Assembly (NCBI GenBank): GCA_030629105.1
Contig: DAOVPS010000001.1
Location: forward strand, 1-56,867
Length of the DNA stretch: 56,867 nt
Direction: 5' to 3'
Source: Candidatus Heimdallarchaeota archaeon
GTDB lineage: Archaea > Asgardarchaeota > Heimdallarchaeia > JABLTI01
The notes beneath the pieces were generated by a model, which saw only the letters and a program-made list of their open reading frames with translations, searched no databases and was not told the origin of the DNA. This document shows, one piece after another, positions 44,948 through 54,595 of the stretch. Positions within the stretch are counted from its first letter, which is position 1, and the number at the start of each line of letters is the position of its first letter. A program made the position numbers and the translations under genes.

Positions 44948-45493
44948 ATGACTTATCAAAGAGAAAGAGATTCAACATATATTTTCAAAGTGCTGTTAAT
45001 AGGAGAAGCTGCAGTAGGTAAGACTTCATTAACTATAAAATTCGTTCATGGAAAATTCAAATCAGATTATCTTCTTACGGTAGGAATGGAACCATATAGT
45101 AAGTATATTAAAATGGGAAATGATATGGTAACACTTTCAATTTGGGATATTGCTGGACAACAAAGATTCGATGTTTTTCGCACGATGTTTTTCAGGGGAG
45201 CCAAAGCAGCGTTCTTGGTATTTGATCTCACAAGACCCATTACATTAACTAAATTGCATGATTGGCACGAAGACTTGATTAGAAATGCTGGAAAAGATGT
45301 TCTGACTTTTCTTGTTGGAAATAAGAATGATTTAGAGGATTTAAGAAGCATTCCAAAGAAAGATGCTTTAGCTTTTGCTAAGAAAATTAATGCTTTAGCT
45401 TACATAGAAACAAGTGCAAAAACAGGGATAAATGTTAATGAATCATTCACTAGTCTTACAAAGAATCTTGTCGCAAAAGCAAAAACTTACTAA
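44948..45493 (+). CDS. Rab/Ras-like small GTPase
   Basis: G1 GEAAVGKTS, switch I T in YLLTVGMEP, G3 WDIAGQQRF, G4 GNKND, G5 ETSAKTG. No C-terminal Cys prenylation motif. Confidence 0.9.
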   Translation: MTYQRERDSTYIFKVLLIGEAAVGKTSLTIKFVHGKFKSDYLLTVGMEPYSKYIKMGNDMVTLSIWDIAGQQRFDVFRTMFFRGAKAAFLVFDLTRPITLTKLHDWHEDLIRNAGKDVLTFLVGNKNDLEDLRSIPKKDALAFAKKINALAYIETSAKTGINVNESFTSLTKNLVAKAKTY

Positions 45494-45600
45494 TCAAATA
45501 TTGGAGAGATTTTAAAGAATTCCAATTCATTTTTTCTTCTGTTTTAATTAAAATACAGAAATGCAAGTAAAATGACTAGAGAACTTCATTTTTGTAACTT

Positions 45601-45615
45601 AAAGATTTTTTAAAG
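45601..45615 (+). promoter_or_regulatory. BRE/TATA-like box AAAGATTTTTTAAAG
   Basis: Ends 20 nt upstream of ATG 45636, implying a leaderless or very short-leader mRNA. Confidence 0.4.
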
Positions 45616-45635
45616 AAAGATATCTATTATAATAT

Positions 45636-46343
45636 ATGACAGAAAAAAAGGTTAAATCATTAAATATTGTTGCTGTGTTTGCTCATCCGGATGATGAAGC
45701 AGGAGTTATTGGAACTTTAGCGAATCATGCAGATAAAGGAGATAATGTTTATGCTATATTTCTCACTAGAGGTGAAAACGCATCCTCGCTCTGTTGTTCA
45801 CCTGAGGAAATAATCAAAATTAGAACTGGTCATGCAAAACAAATTGAAAAAATATTAGGAGCAGAATATCGTTTATTAGATCTACCAGATTCAGGGGTTC
45901 ATCCATCGGTTGAAAATGCAAATAAATTAGCAGTTCATTTCAAAGAAATAAAACCAGACATAATCATCACTTGGACACAATCTCCTCATCTTGGAATTGG
46001 ACATCCTGATCATCGATATACCTATAACATTACTTTAGATGCAATATCATATGCAAGATATAAGAACGATGATCACACACACCAACCTCATAGAGAATCA
46101 GTAGGTTTGTATACAAATTACTTCGCTATCGGGAATCCCGACAAACCATTTTTTGTTGATGTTTCAAATCAATACGAGAAAATAATGTCTGTTATAGATG
46201 TCTATATCGAAGCATATGGACAATGGCCTGTTAAGGATTATATAACAGCTCAACTCATGATGCAAGGACGAATGGCTGGAGTTAAATTTGCAGAAGCATA
46301 CAATAAAATTCTTTGGCGTACTGCTCAACCCTATTTATATTAG
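45636..46343 (+). CDS. PIG-L/LmbE-family N-acetylglucosaminyl deacetylase
   Basis: VAVFAHPDDEAG and GIGHPDHRYTY motifs. Confidence 0.85.
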   Translation: MTEKKVKSLNIVAVFAHPDDEAGVIGTLANHADKGDNVYAIFLTRGENASSLCCSPEEIIKIRTGHAKQIEKILGAEYRLLDLPDSGVHPSVENANKLAVHFKEIKPDIIITWTQSPHLGIGHPDHRYTYNITLDAISYARYKNDDHTHQPHRESVGLYTNYFAIGNPDKPFFVDVSNQYEKIMSVIDVYIEAYGQWPVKDYITAQLMMQGRMAGVKFAEAYNKILWRTAQPYLY

Positions 46344-46564
46344 AAAACAAGTAGATTTGATTTCTATTTTTGATTTTCTCAAGATTTTTACGTAAATTTA
46401 TTCTTAGAAATTATAATAGGAGACAATACATCTAAGGAGTTTCGATATGTTCATACATGCCTATCGGTTAAGTGTCGCAAAATTTAAGTTTGATTAGTAT
46501 ATTTTGTAAGTCGTCCAAATAAAAAAGGAAAAAATAAAACTGAATAAACGGTGAAGATGTAAAA

Positions 46565-48781
46565 ATGACAAAAACTCTAGCCGAAATGTCATATAAACGT
46601 CAAAATGTAATGAAGGGTTATACCGATAAAACATTGCATATTGACCTTTCTAAGTTATCCATCGAAGAAAATGATGTCGATAAAAAAGTTCGAGAAATTT
46701 TCATTGGTGGTAAAGGTTATGACTTATGGTTAATGTGGGAAAGTTTGCCAAAAAACCGTATCGTTAAATGGAATGAACCCGAGAATCCATTATGTATTGC
46801 AAGTGGTCCACTTGGTGGTACAGCAGGATATCCAGGTGCAGGGAAATCTATTGTAACTGCAATTTCTCCTTTAACTGATATCGTTATTGATTCTAACGTT
46901 GGAGGGTTCTTTGGCCCATGGATGAAATACTCAGGATTTGATGCTCTCAGAATAGTTGGGAAAGCTAAAGAACCTGTGGTGATCGTAATTGATGGAACAC
47001 AAGAAAAAGTCTGGATTGAACCAGCCGGTGATCTACCAACCGAATCACACTTATTAGCTGAACAATTAAATGAGAAATATCGAACAATTGACAAAGAAAC
47101 TGGGAAAGATGATCGATTATATGTTAGTGTTGTATCTGCAGGTCCCGGAGCTGATCATTCTTATTTTGGTTGTTTAAACTTCTCTTGGTGGGATAATAGA
47201 AGAAAGGCAAACCACCTAAAACAAGCAGGTAGAGGTGGCACTGGAACAATCTTCAGAAACAAAAACATAGTAGCAATTGTTGCTCATTCTCCATCTGTAA
47301 ATTTGGAATCACAACACCCTGAAGACCAGGAAGCAGCAAAACTTGTAGGAAGAAAACACTCAAAGGAAATTTTAACTCTTGATGACTCCCAAAATAAAAT
47401 GAGAGTTATTGGTACAGCTCATCTCCCATCAATTATGAGTGAATTTGATCTTTTACCAACTTATAACTTCAAATATGGAAGAGATGATGATGGGAAAGAT
47501 AAAACCCTTTGGGGTGATGCCTATGAGAAGATCTTTTCTAATACAGGTAAAGGTTGGGATGGGTGCTGGCGTGGGTGTGCCAACAATTGTGCACATTGTG
47601 TAGAAGATTACAAATTAGAAACAGGTCCATATAAAGGACAAAAAGTGCTTGTTGACGGTCCCGAGTACGAGACCATCGCAGGTGTTGGGAGTAATTTAGG
47701 AATCTTTGACCCATTACATGTCGTAGAAATAAACTTCTACTGCGACACATATGGTCTTGATACTATAAGCTTCGGAACAGCATTAGGTTTTGTAATGGAA
47801 TGTTATGAAACTGGCATTTTAGACAAGGAAAAAACAAATGGTCTTGATCTTAAATTTGGCAATTTTGAAGCTACTATGGAAATTATGCATCGTATTGCTT
47901 TAGGTAAAGATGAATTTGCATTAATCTTTGCTAGAGGCATTAGAAAGATGAAGGAATACTTCAAAGTAAACTATAATCTAACTCCTGAACAAGAGAAATT
48001 CTGTCAAGACATTGGAATGGAACACAAGGGACTTGAATATAGTGAATACATTACAAAAGAATCACTTGCCCAACAAGGTGGCTACGGATTAACCCTTAAA
48101 GGACCACAACATGACGAAGCATGGTTGATTTTCTTAGATATGGTTCACAACTACATGCCAACTTTTGAAAACAAAGCTGAAGCTCTTTGCTGGTTCCCAT
48201 ATTGGCGAACATGGTTTTCATTAAATGGTCTCTGCAAACTTCCATGGAATGATGTAGTTCCTGAAGATAACAAAGACAGTGATGCTCCTCACAAAGTTCC
48301 AGATCATGTGCAAAACTATGCTACATTATTCGAATCTATTACAGGTGTTCCAATGGGTAAGACCCCTCAAGAACGAGAGGATAGTCTAGTACACATAAGT
48401 CAACGTGTTTATCAATTCCAAAGAGTCTTCCAAGTAAGACTTGGACATGGTCGAAGAATCGATGATAGTAATGTCCCTTATCGATCCGTTGGTCCTGTTA
48501 CTCTTGAAGAATATGAAAGTAGAATGGAACGCTATGATAAGCAACTAGTTGAAATTCTCGGAAAGACCTTGGAAGAAGTACAAAAAATGCCTATTGAAGA
48601 ACGACATGGCATTACTCGTAAACATCGAGAAGAACAATATGATAAATTACAGGATGCTGTCTACGAGAAACGTGGATGGAATCACAAATCCGGTGTTATC
48701 AAACTAGATGTAGCGAAGAAACTCTGGCCTGAATGGTTATTTGATGAAGTTTTACCATTCATCAAAGATTTACAAGATTAG
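46565..48781 (+). CDS. aldehyde:ferredoxin oxidoreductase family (tungstopterin) enzyme
   Basis: N-terminal GYTDKTLHIDLS...FIGGKGYDLWL, NPLCIASGPLGGTAGYPGAGKSIVTAISPLT and the Cys cluster CWRGCANNCAHC. At 738 aa it is longer than classical AORs. Confidence 0.85.
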   Translation: MTKTLAEMSYKRQNVMKGYTDKTLHIDLSKLSIEENDVDKKVREIFIGGKGYDLWLMWESLPKNRIVKWNEPENPLCIASGPLGGTAGYPGAGKSIVTAISPLTDIVIDSNVGGFFGPWMKYSGFDALRIVGKAKEPVVIVIDGTQEKVWIEPAGDLPTESHLLAEQLNEKYRTIDKETGKDDRLYVSVVSAGPGADHSYFGCLNFSWWDNRRKANHLKQAGRGGTGTIFRNKNIVAIVAHSPSVNLESQHPEDQEAAKLVGRKHSKEILTLDDSQNKMRVIGTAHLPSIMSEFDLLPTYNFKYGRDDDGKDKTLWGDAYEKIFSNTGKGWDGCWRGCANNCAHCVEDYKLETGPYKGQKVLVDGPEYETIAGVGSNLGIFDPLHVVEINFYCDTYGLDTISFGTALGFVMECYETGILDKEKTNGLDLKFGNFEATMEIMHRIALGKDEFALIFARGIRKMKEYFKVNYNLTPEQEKFCQDIGMEHKGLEYSEYITKESLAQQGGYGLTLKGPQHDEAWLIFLDMVHNYMPTFENKAEALCWFPYWRTWFSLNGLCKLPWNDVVPEDNKDSDAPHKVPDHVQNYATLFESITGVPMGKTPQEREDSLVHISQRVYQFQRVFQVRLGHGRRIDDSNVPYRSVGPVTLEEYESRMERYDKQLVEILGKTLEEVQKMPIEERHGITRKHREEQYDKLQDAVYEKRGWNHKSGVIKLDVAKKLWPEWLFDEVLPFIKDLQD

Positions 48782-48789
48782 AAAAATAT

Positions 48790-48821
48790 AGCACTCGATG
48801 AGTGCTTTCTCCTTCTTTTTT
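48790..48821. terminator. bidirectional hairpin between convergent genes
   Basis: AGCACTC-gat-GAGTGCT is a perfect 7-bp stem (48790-48806), followed by ttctccttctttttt. It lies between the + stop at 48781 and the - stop at 48820. Confidence 0.5.
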
Positions 48822-49512
48822 ATATTGTTATATAGACTTTGTATTTATCCATTAGAAATGCTGTTGCCCAAATTATTGCTACATTTAGAAATCCGATGAA
48901 AAAGACTAGAGCAACATGCGAATCACTCTTCAAAATTAAAGTAGCTAGACCTAAGAAAATTGGTTGAAGTAGAAATAAGAAAAAGGCATTCTTTCCCTGC
49001 GGTTCTAGAAAATAGCTTTTATTTTTCGTAACGTTGAAGTGATCATATAGGAGCCAGATCACCCAAAAACAGAATGCTGCTAAACCAATTGTCAGCAAGA
49101 TGTAGGAATGAGAAACTCTTAGTTTTGAGAGTCCGCCATAAGAAGGGAATCCATATCCAACCCAAATAAAATGCAAGCTAACTCCAAAAACTGTGAAAAT
49201 AATCCCATAAATTAAGAAAAGTAGTTTTTTAAGCTCGCGAAAATCATCAACAATTGCAGTTGAAAGGAGCATCATAACTCCATACCCAAAACCACCAATG
49301 AACCCACCATGAGCATCTCCAAAATCTATTGCGTGTTTCGACCAAGCAGGAGTGTTCTCAAAAGGAGAAATCGTATTTACAAAAATCATAGCGGCAATTG
49401 CTAAACCTCTGAAGACATCTATACTCATATACCGGATTTTTTCTTTGATTTCATCTACAGGTTCATCTACAATTGACATCTTACTCACAATTTCTAGAGT
49501 GGATTGACTCAC
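48820..49512 (-). CDS. DUF1624 / heparan-alpha-glucosaminide N-acetyltransferase-like membrane protein (short)
   Basis: RYMSIDVFRGLAIAAMIFVN signature followed by hydrophobic helices. The GTG start overlaps the upstream TGA stop (GTGA). Confidence 0.55.
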   Translation of the reverse strand: MSQSTLEIVSKMSIVDEPVDEIKEKIRYMSIDVFRGLAIAAMIFVNTISPFENTPAWSKHAIDFGDAHGGFIGGFGYGVMMLLSTAIVDDFRELKKLLFLIYGIIFTVFGVSLHFIWVGYGFPSYGGLSKLRVSHSYILLTIGLAAFCFWVIWLLYDHFNVTKNKSYFLEPQGKNAFFLFLLQPIFLGLATLILKSDSHVALVFFIGFLNVAIIWATAFLMDKYKVYITI

Positions 49513-50522
49513 TTAAGACCGAAGTATAAAGGTAATAACCAATCAACTATACCATCCGTTACTACTCGACGAATTAGGAAAACTAAGATTCTTTGAATGG
49601 GGTCTCCTGCGTGATAATTTACTCGAGGTTTTCTAGCTTTAATTATTCTATAGAGTTTCTTTGAAATCACTAATGGAGGAGGTGCAACAATAAGATTCTT
49701 CACAATGACTTTCCATACGGGATTTAGATATTTATAATATGGTGAATCGGGAGTCGTAGGAGATTGATTAATCATCTTCTCTAAATCCACGGATTTTGTA
49801 GAAGGATCCATTGATGTTGAAATTGCATGTGTGTTTGCATTGAATGCAGTATTAATATCACTTGGCAGAATTGTTGAAACCTTAATGTTGAATTTTTTAA
49901 CCTCGACTCGTAAACCTTCACTAAAGACTTTAATTGCAATCTTTGATGCGGAATAATGAGATTGAAATGGGATAACTGCTAATGCTCCAAGAGTACTTGT
50001 GTTAATTATTCGTCCTTCTCTTCTCTCCCTCATTTGTGGTAAAACAGCTTTTGCAACTCTCACCATACCAAACAAATTCGTATCAAATGTTATTTTCCAA
50101 TCCTCAATGGACAATACTTCTGCACTTCTGAAAAAACTAATGCCTGCGTTGTTAATTAGTATATCAATTCCACGATCATTGATTTTTTTTGCTTCAGTTT
50201 CCATTTCACTTATAGCTTTTTCTACGGAATCATCAGAAGTAACATCCAAATTGAAAAACCTAATTTTGTCAATTAATTCATCTAAGTTCTTTTCTATTTT
50301 TTTGGGAATTAGATTTTTTGTGGGTTTAACAATGGTTTTTTCTTTGTTTGTGAATTTCCATTTCGTATGATCTCTGACAAAATCCTCTTTCAATTTCTTT
50401 TTATCAAGTGTTTGACTTCTACGACTTGTTCCAAAAACTGTATATCCTTTATATGTTAGAAAAATAGCATGAGATAATCCTATGCCAGAGGATGCTCCTG
50501 TTATTACAACTACTTTATTCAT
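49509..50522 (-). CDS. short-chain dehydrogenase/reductase
   Basis: VVVITGASSGIGLS, NNAG and YSASK. Confidence 0.9.
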   Translation of the reverse strand: MNKVVVITGASSGIGLSHAIFLTYKGYTVFGTSRRSQTLDKKKLKEDFVRDHTKWKFTNKEKTIVKPTKNLIPKKIEKNLDELIDKIRFFNLDVTSDDSVEKAISEMETEAKKINDRGIDILINNAGISFFRSAEVLSIEDWKITFDTNLFGMVRVAKAVLPQMRERREGRIINTSTLGALAVIPFQSHYSASKIAIKVFSEGLRVEVKKFNIKVSTILPSDINTAFNANTHAISTSMDPSTKSVDLEKMINQSPTTPDSPYYKYLNPVWKVIVKNLIVAPPPLVISKKLYRIIKARKPRVNYHAGDPIQRILVFLIRRVVTDGIVDWLLPLYFGLK

Positions 50523-50689
50523 TTGAGAACCACCAAATGATGCTATGTGGGGTTCTTATTTCACTTTTTAGGTTTTTTCCTTATTATCATGAATTGAACT
50601 GCTTATAATTCCTAAACCATCATTTTAAACCAAAGATTCAATTAAGAAGAGCAATTAAAGAAATTCATTGCATTATAAGGAGCTTCAAA

Positions 50690-51340
50690 ATGATCAAACT
50701 AGTTACTCTAGATTTTGATGGTACTACAGCCGATACGATGCCTACATTAGAAGAAATCGCTGTCAAATTAATTACGAAATACTATGAGCTAGAGATAGAG
50801 GATGCAAGAACAAAATATCAAATCACAACTGGATTACCTTTTGAACAGCAAATGGAAATAGTATTCCCCGAAAATCCAAACAATAAATTGGTAATTTCTC
50901 AATTTGAGAAAGAAAAAATCGAAAGTATATTTGATCTGCCGTTATTCAATGATGCCAAATCCACAATTAATCTGCTAAGAGAATTGGGTTATCTTGTAGC
51001 AATTTCAAGTTCTACAACGCAACCCATTATTGAGAAGTATTGTAAAAAAAATGAATTAATTGTTGATCAAATTGTAGGATATAGAATAGGATTTGAGAAA
51101 GGGAAGGATCATTTTGATTTCTTAAAAAAAGAGTTTAATCTAAAAGCAGAAGAACTAGTTTATGTTGGTGATTCCTTAAAAGACTGTGAAAGAGCACAAA
51201 ACAGCGATATAGTATTTATTGGGAAAACGGGTATGTTTACTCGAGAGGATTTCAATAAAATCTCTAAATCAAAAATAGTAATCTCTGATTTGGAAGAGTT
51301 AATTAAAATAATACCTGATTTAAATCAAGAATTAGATTAA
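50690..51340 (+). CDS. HAD-superfamily hydrolase
   Basis: DxDGT motif in LVTLDFDGTTADT, plus SSS and GDS..D motifs. Confidence 0.8.
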   Translation: MIKLVTLDFDGTTADTMPTLEEIAVKLITKYYELEIEDARTKYQITTGLPFEQQMEIVFPENPNNKLVISQFEKEKIESIFDLPLFNDAKSTINLLRELGYLVAISSSTTQPIIEKYCKKNELIVDQIVGYRIGFEKGKDHFDFLKKEFNLKAEELVYVGDSLKDCERAQNSDIVFIGKTGMFTREDFNKISKSKIVISDLEELIKIIPDLNQELD

Positions 51341-51372
51341 ACCTAATTGCATAATATTGAGGAAGTAAATTC

Positions 51373-52365
51373 TTGAAAATAAGAGCATCAATAGGAACAG
51401 CAGCAGTAATTGGTTTGGAAAAAATACTTTTGCAAGCTAAACCAATGACAGCATATTTGCTGATGTATTCTGATACTAATTGTTTGTCAAATTGCAGTTT
51501 TTGTCCCCAAGCAAAAGAAAGTGAGGGTAGAAAAGATGGTCTCTCGAGAGTTTTGTGGCCAACGTATGATCTTGATGAAATTATTGAGCGCATAATTGAT
51601 CAAGAAACAGGATTAAAACGAATATGTATTCAAACAATTAGATATGAAAATTCCACTGAAGATTTATTGGAGATAATTGGACAGTTCTCTGAAAGCAAAA
51701 TTGCAACACCACTAACTGTTTGTTGTTATCCAACAACAAAAGAGATATTTTCGAAAATGAAGAATTCTGGAGTTTCAAGAGTTGGAATATCTTTTGATTG
51801 TGCTACACCTGAAATATATAACAAAATCAAAGGTAAAAAGAGAGGATCAGATATTTCTTGGGAAATGATGGAAAAATCAATACAAGATGCAGTGGAAATT
51901 TTTGGTAAAAGATTTGTTAGTACACACTTGATTATTGGATTAGGAGAAACTGAGAAAGAAGCAATCCAATTTTTACAGAAATTCTATGACCAAAATATTA
52001 CTGTTGGATTATTTGCATTTACCCCAGTAAAAGGAACAGCATTGGAAAAGCATCCACAACCTGATATTGAAAGCTATAGAAGAATACAATTGGCTCGATA
52101 TTTAATCAATGCAGGAAAAACATCATTTTCAAAAATTACTTTTAGTAAGAAGGATGAACAAAGAGACCAAATTCTTGATTTTGGTGTTAAGAAAGAGGAA
52201 ATAGAACAAATAATATCTTATGGAAAACCTTTCAGAACTAGTGGGTGCCCTCATTGTAATAGACCCTTTTACAATGAATCCCCCGGAAAAGATCTGTATA
52301 ATTTTCCAAGCGAACTTACGGATGATGATATTGCTGTTGTAAGAAAATCATTTTTCAAAATTTGA
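51373..52365 (+). CDS. radical SAM enzyme, biotin-synthase-like (candidate archaeal LipS-type lipoyl synthase component)
   Basis: CxxxCxxC in CLSNCSFCPQA, BioB-like IIGLGETEKEA...FTPVKGTAL, and extra C-terminal Cys (SGCPHCN). Lies 600 nt upstream of a lipoate-protein ligase family gene. Confidence 0.55.
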   Translation: MKIRASIGTAAVIGLEKILLQAKPMTAYLLMYSDTNCLSNCSFCPQAKESEGRKDGLSRVLWPTYDLDEIIERIIDQETGLKRICIQTIRYENSTEDLLEIIGQFSESKIATPLTVCCYPTTKEIFSKMKNSGVSRVGISFDCATPEIYNKIKGKKRGSDISWEMMEKSIQDAVEIFGKRFVSTHLIIGLGETEKEAIQFLQKFYDQNITVGLFAFTPVKGTALEKHPQPDIESYRRIQLARYLINAGKTSFSKITFSKKDEQRDQILDFGVKKEEIEQIISYGKPFRTSGCPHCNRPFYNESPGKDLYNFPSELTDDDIAVVRKSFFKI

Positions 52366-52443
52366 AAAGCAATATATATAAGACATCTATATTTAAGATA
52401 GGAACTCAACAGGAAAGACATTCATTATTCAGGAGATAAAAAA

Positions 52444-52896
52444 TTGTCTGAAGAGAAATTCATAATCTGCCCAAATTGTGGAGCAATTCTGGAAAAAGAA
52501 GTACAATTCTGTGGTTTTTGTGGTAGCGATGTTACAAAAAAGAAAAGTTCCTATACACAACCACAACAATCAGGTTATAGTCAACCATCAACCCAGCAAT
52601 ATGGTGCTGGTGCTCCTGGACAACATTCTGTTTATGGTATAGGAGCACTCACACAACAGCAACAAGCTGAGGCGAAATTAAGATTGGCTGGGATATTTGC
52701 TTGGTTAACTTTTTGTGGTGGTAGTTTAGTGTTCCTTATTTTAACAATAATTTTTGCAATGAATGCGAAAAAACTTGGTAGTACCAGTCCAAAAATAAGA
52801 CAATCAATAGGAATTGCTGTTCTTGGTACTTTGCTAAGTATTGCATCTATTATTTTTTACGTGTGGTATTTCTGGGGTTTTCCACTTTATTTTTGA
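52444..52896 (+). CDS. zinc-ribbon membrane protein
   Basis: CPNCG...CGFCG ribbon, a Q/S/Y-rich linker, then two TM helices. Confidence 0.55.
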   Translation: MSEEKFIICPNCGAILEKEVQFCGFCGSDVTKKKSSYTQPQQSGYSQPSTQQYGAGAPGQHSVYGIGALTQQQQAEAKLRLAGIFAWLTFCGGSLVFLILTIIFAMNAKKLGSTSPKIRQSIGIAVLGTLLSIASIIFYVWYFWGFPLYF

Positions 52897-52962
52897 GCTT
52901 GAGGATAATATTTTATCCTAAAAGTTCAATGTTTTCATAATTCAGTTAAGGAATGTAACTTT

Positions 52963-53745
52963 ATGTCTGAAGAAAAATGGCGATTGATTTGGGTAGAAAA
53001 TGCGGCTGATTGTTATTACAACATGGGTCTTGACAAAGCGATTCAAGAAGCCGTTGCAGCACACAAAGCCAAAAATACAATAAGGTTTTATCGTTGGAAG
53101 CCTTCTGCTGTCTCAATTGGCTATTTCCAATCTATGAATAAAGTTGTGAATATTGAGAATTGTAAAGAGAAAAAAGTAGATTATATCAGAAGGATCACAG
53201 GTGGGGGGGCAGTATATCACGATTTTGAAGGAGAATTAACGTATTCAGTGAATTGTCTTGACGATGATCCAAGATTACCTCAAGAGATATCAAAGATATA
53301 TGAGAAAATCTGTGGAGGAGTTGTTCTTGGATTAATGGAATTAGGGATAGAAGCAGAATTCAAACCAATAAATGATATCAACCTAAAAAGTAATGGTAAG
53401 AAAATTTCAGGGAGTGCTCTTACAAGGAAGAGTGGTGTGATTTTGCAGCACGGGACAATTCTCAGGAAAGTAAATGTAGAAAAGATGTTTTCATTATTAG
53501 TAGTTCCTGATGAGAAATTTAAAGCGAAAATGATATCCTCTGCAAAAGAGAGAGTTTCAAGTTTAGAGGAGGAATTAGGTGTTGCCCCATCATTTGAGAA
53601 AATCAGAAATGCTATGATAAATGGTCTTAGCTCTGTATTAGATGTTGAATTAATTCATGAAAAGATTTCAGATGTGGAACAGGAAAGTGCAAATAGAATT
53701 GCTCATGAATTATTTAAAGATGAAGAATGGTTATTTAAACGATGA
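52963..53745 (+). CDS. lplA: lipoate-protein ligase / octanoyltransferase family protein (catalytic domain only)
   Basis: RRITGGGAVYHD and the catalytic Lys motif GKKISGSA. At 260 aa it lacks the LplA C-terminal accessory domain. Confidence 0.85.
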   Translation: MSEEKWRLIWVENAADCYYNMGLDKAIQEAVAAHKAKNTIRFYRWKPSAVSIGYFQSMNKVVNIENCKEKKVDYIRRITGGGAVYHDFEGELTYSVNCLDDDPRLPQEISKIYEKICGGVVLGLMELGIEAEFKPINDINLKSNGKKISGSALTRKSGVILQHGTILRKVNVEKMFSLLVVPDEKFKAKMISSAKERVSSLEEELGVAPSFEKIRNAMINGLSSVLDVELIHEKISDVEQESANRIAHELFKDEEWLFKR

Positions 53746-53881
53746 GAGCTAAAATCATGACTGAAGAAAGGCAATTAAACTATTGAGAACCAATGCCTTT
53801 TTGATTTAAAATCGGAAAATACTAATGTAGAAATAGAATTTATTGTTTAATTGCAGGTAAACCATAAACTGGAGCATTGTA

Positions 53882-54574
53882 TTGATGAGCGGTCGAAGAA
53901 CAAGAGAATTGAGGTTTTATCTCGAGTATGAATATGATTCTGAGACCAAAGATCAAATCGAGGATTTACTAACTCGTTATTCTTCAGCTGCGGACATTCT
54001 TACAAAATCAATTGCTGCTCTTCATGAGAAACACTTTGGATTAATTTCTACGAAAACTCCACCTCAAACTTATTCGGAAACCTTCTCAGGATCAGATGAT
54101 ACTGCAACTACAAAACTGAATGAATTGTGGGAATACTTTGTAGAAGTCAAAGAACAATTTCGACCACAACCACCGGTTGAATCTGAATCAAACGCTCAAA
54201 TCGTTCATCAATTATCTGAAGAAGCTAATGAAAAAATAATACAGAAAATCGAAGAGTTAGGAATGAAGTTTAGTAAAATAATTCCTAAAAATGAACAAAG
54301 CACAGAACAAAAAACAGCTGAAATGAGCAAAGAAGAAGTCTTGCAATTAATAAAAAGAATCGATCAGCTCGAATCCAAATTAACTCGAGCAATTTCGCAG
54401 TCCAGAGCAACTACTGCTGCTCCTGCAAGAAGAGGAGCAAGAGATCTAGGCAAACCACCCGAAATAAGAGAAGCAAAAATAATTGATGGTTCACCACCTG
54501 AACCAGAGGAAAGACCATTATTAGATGACGTTCTTAACACTGTCATAGTGTCAGTCGATAAGGATGATGATTAA
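53882..54574 (+). CDS. hypothetical coiled-coil / disordered protein
   Basis: 230-aa ORF. Charged helical segments and a Pro/Glu-rich C-terminus. No family recognised. Confidence 0.45.
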   Translation: MMSGRRTRELRFYLEYEYDSETKDQIEDLLTRYSSAADILTKSIAALHEKHFGLISTKTPPQTYSETFSGSDDTATTKLNELWEYFVEVKEQFRPQPPVESESNAQIVHQLSEEANEKIIQKIEELGMKFSKIIPKNEQSTEQKTAEMSKEEVLQLIKRIDQLESKLTRAISQSRATTAAPARRGARDLGKPPEIREAKIIDGSPPEPEERPLLDDVLNTVIVSVDKDDD

Positions 54575-54595
54575 TCAAAACTTCATTGTTCCAGG

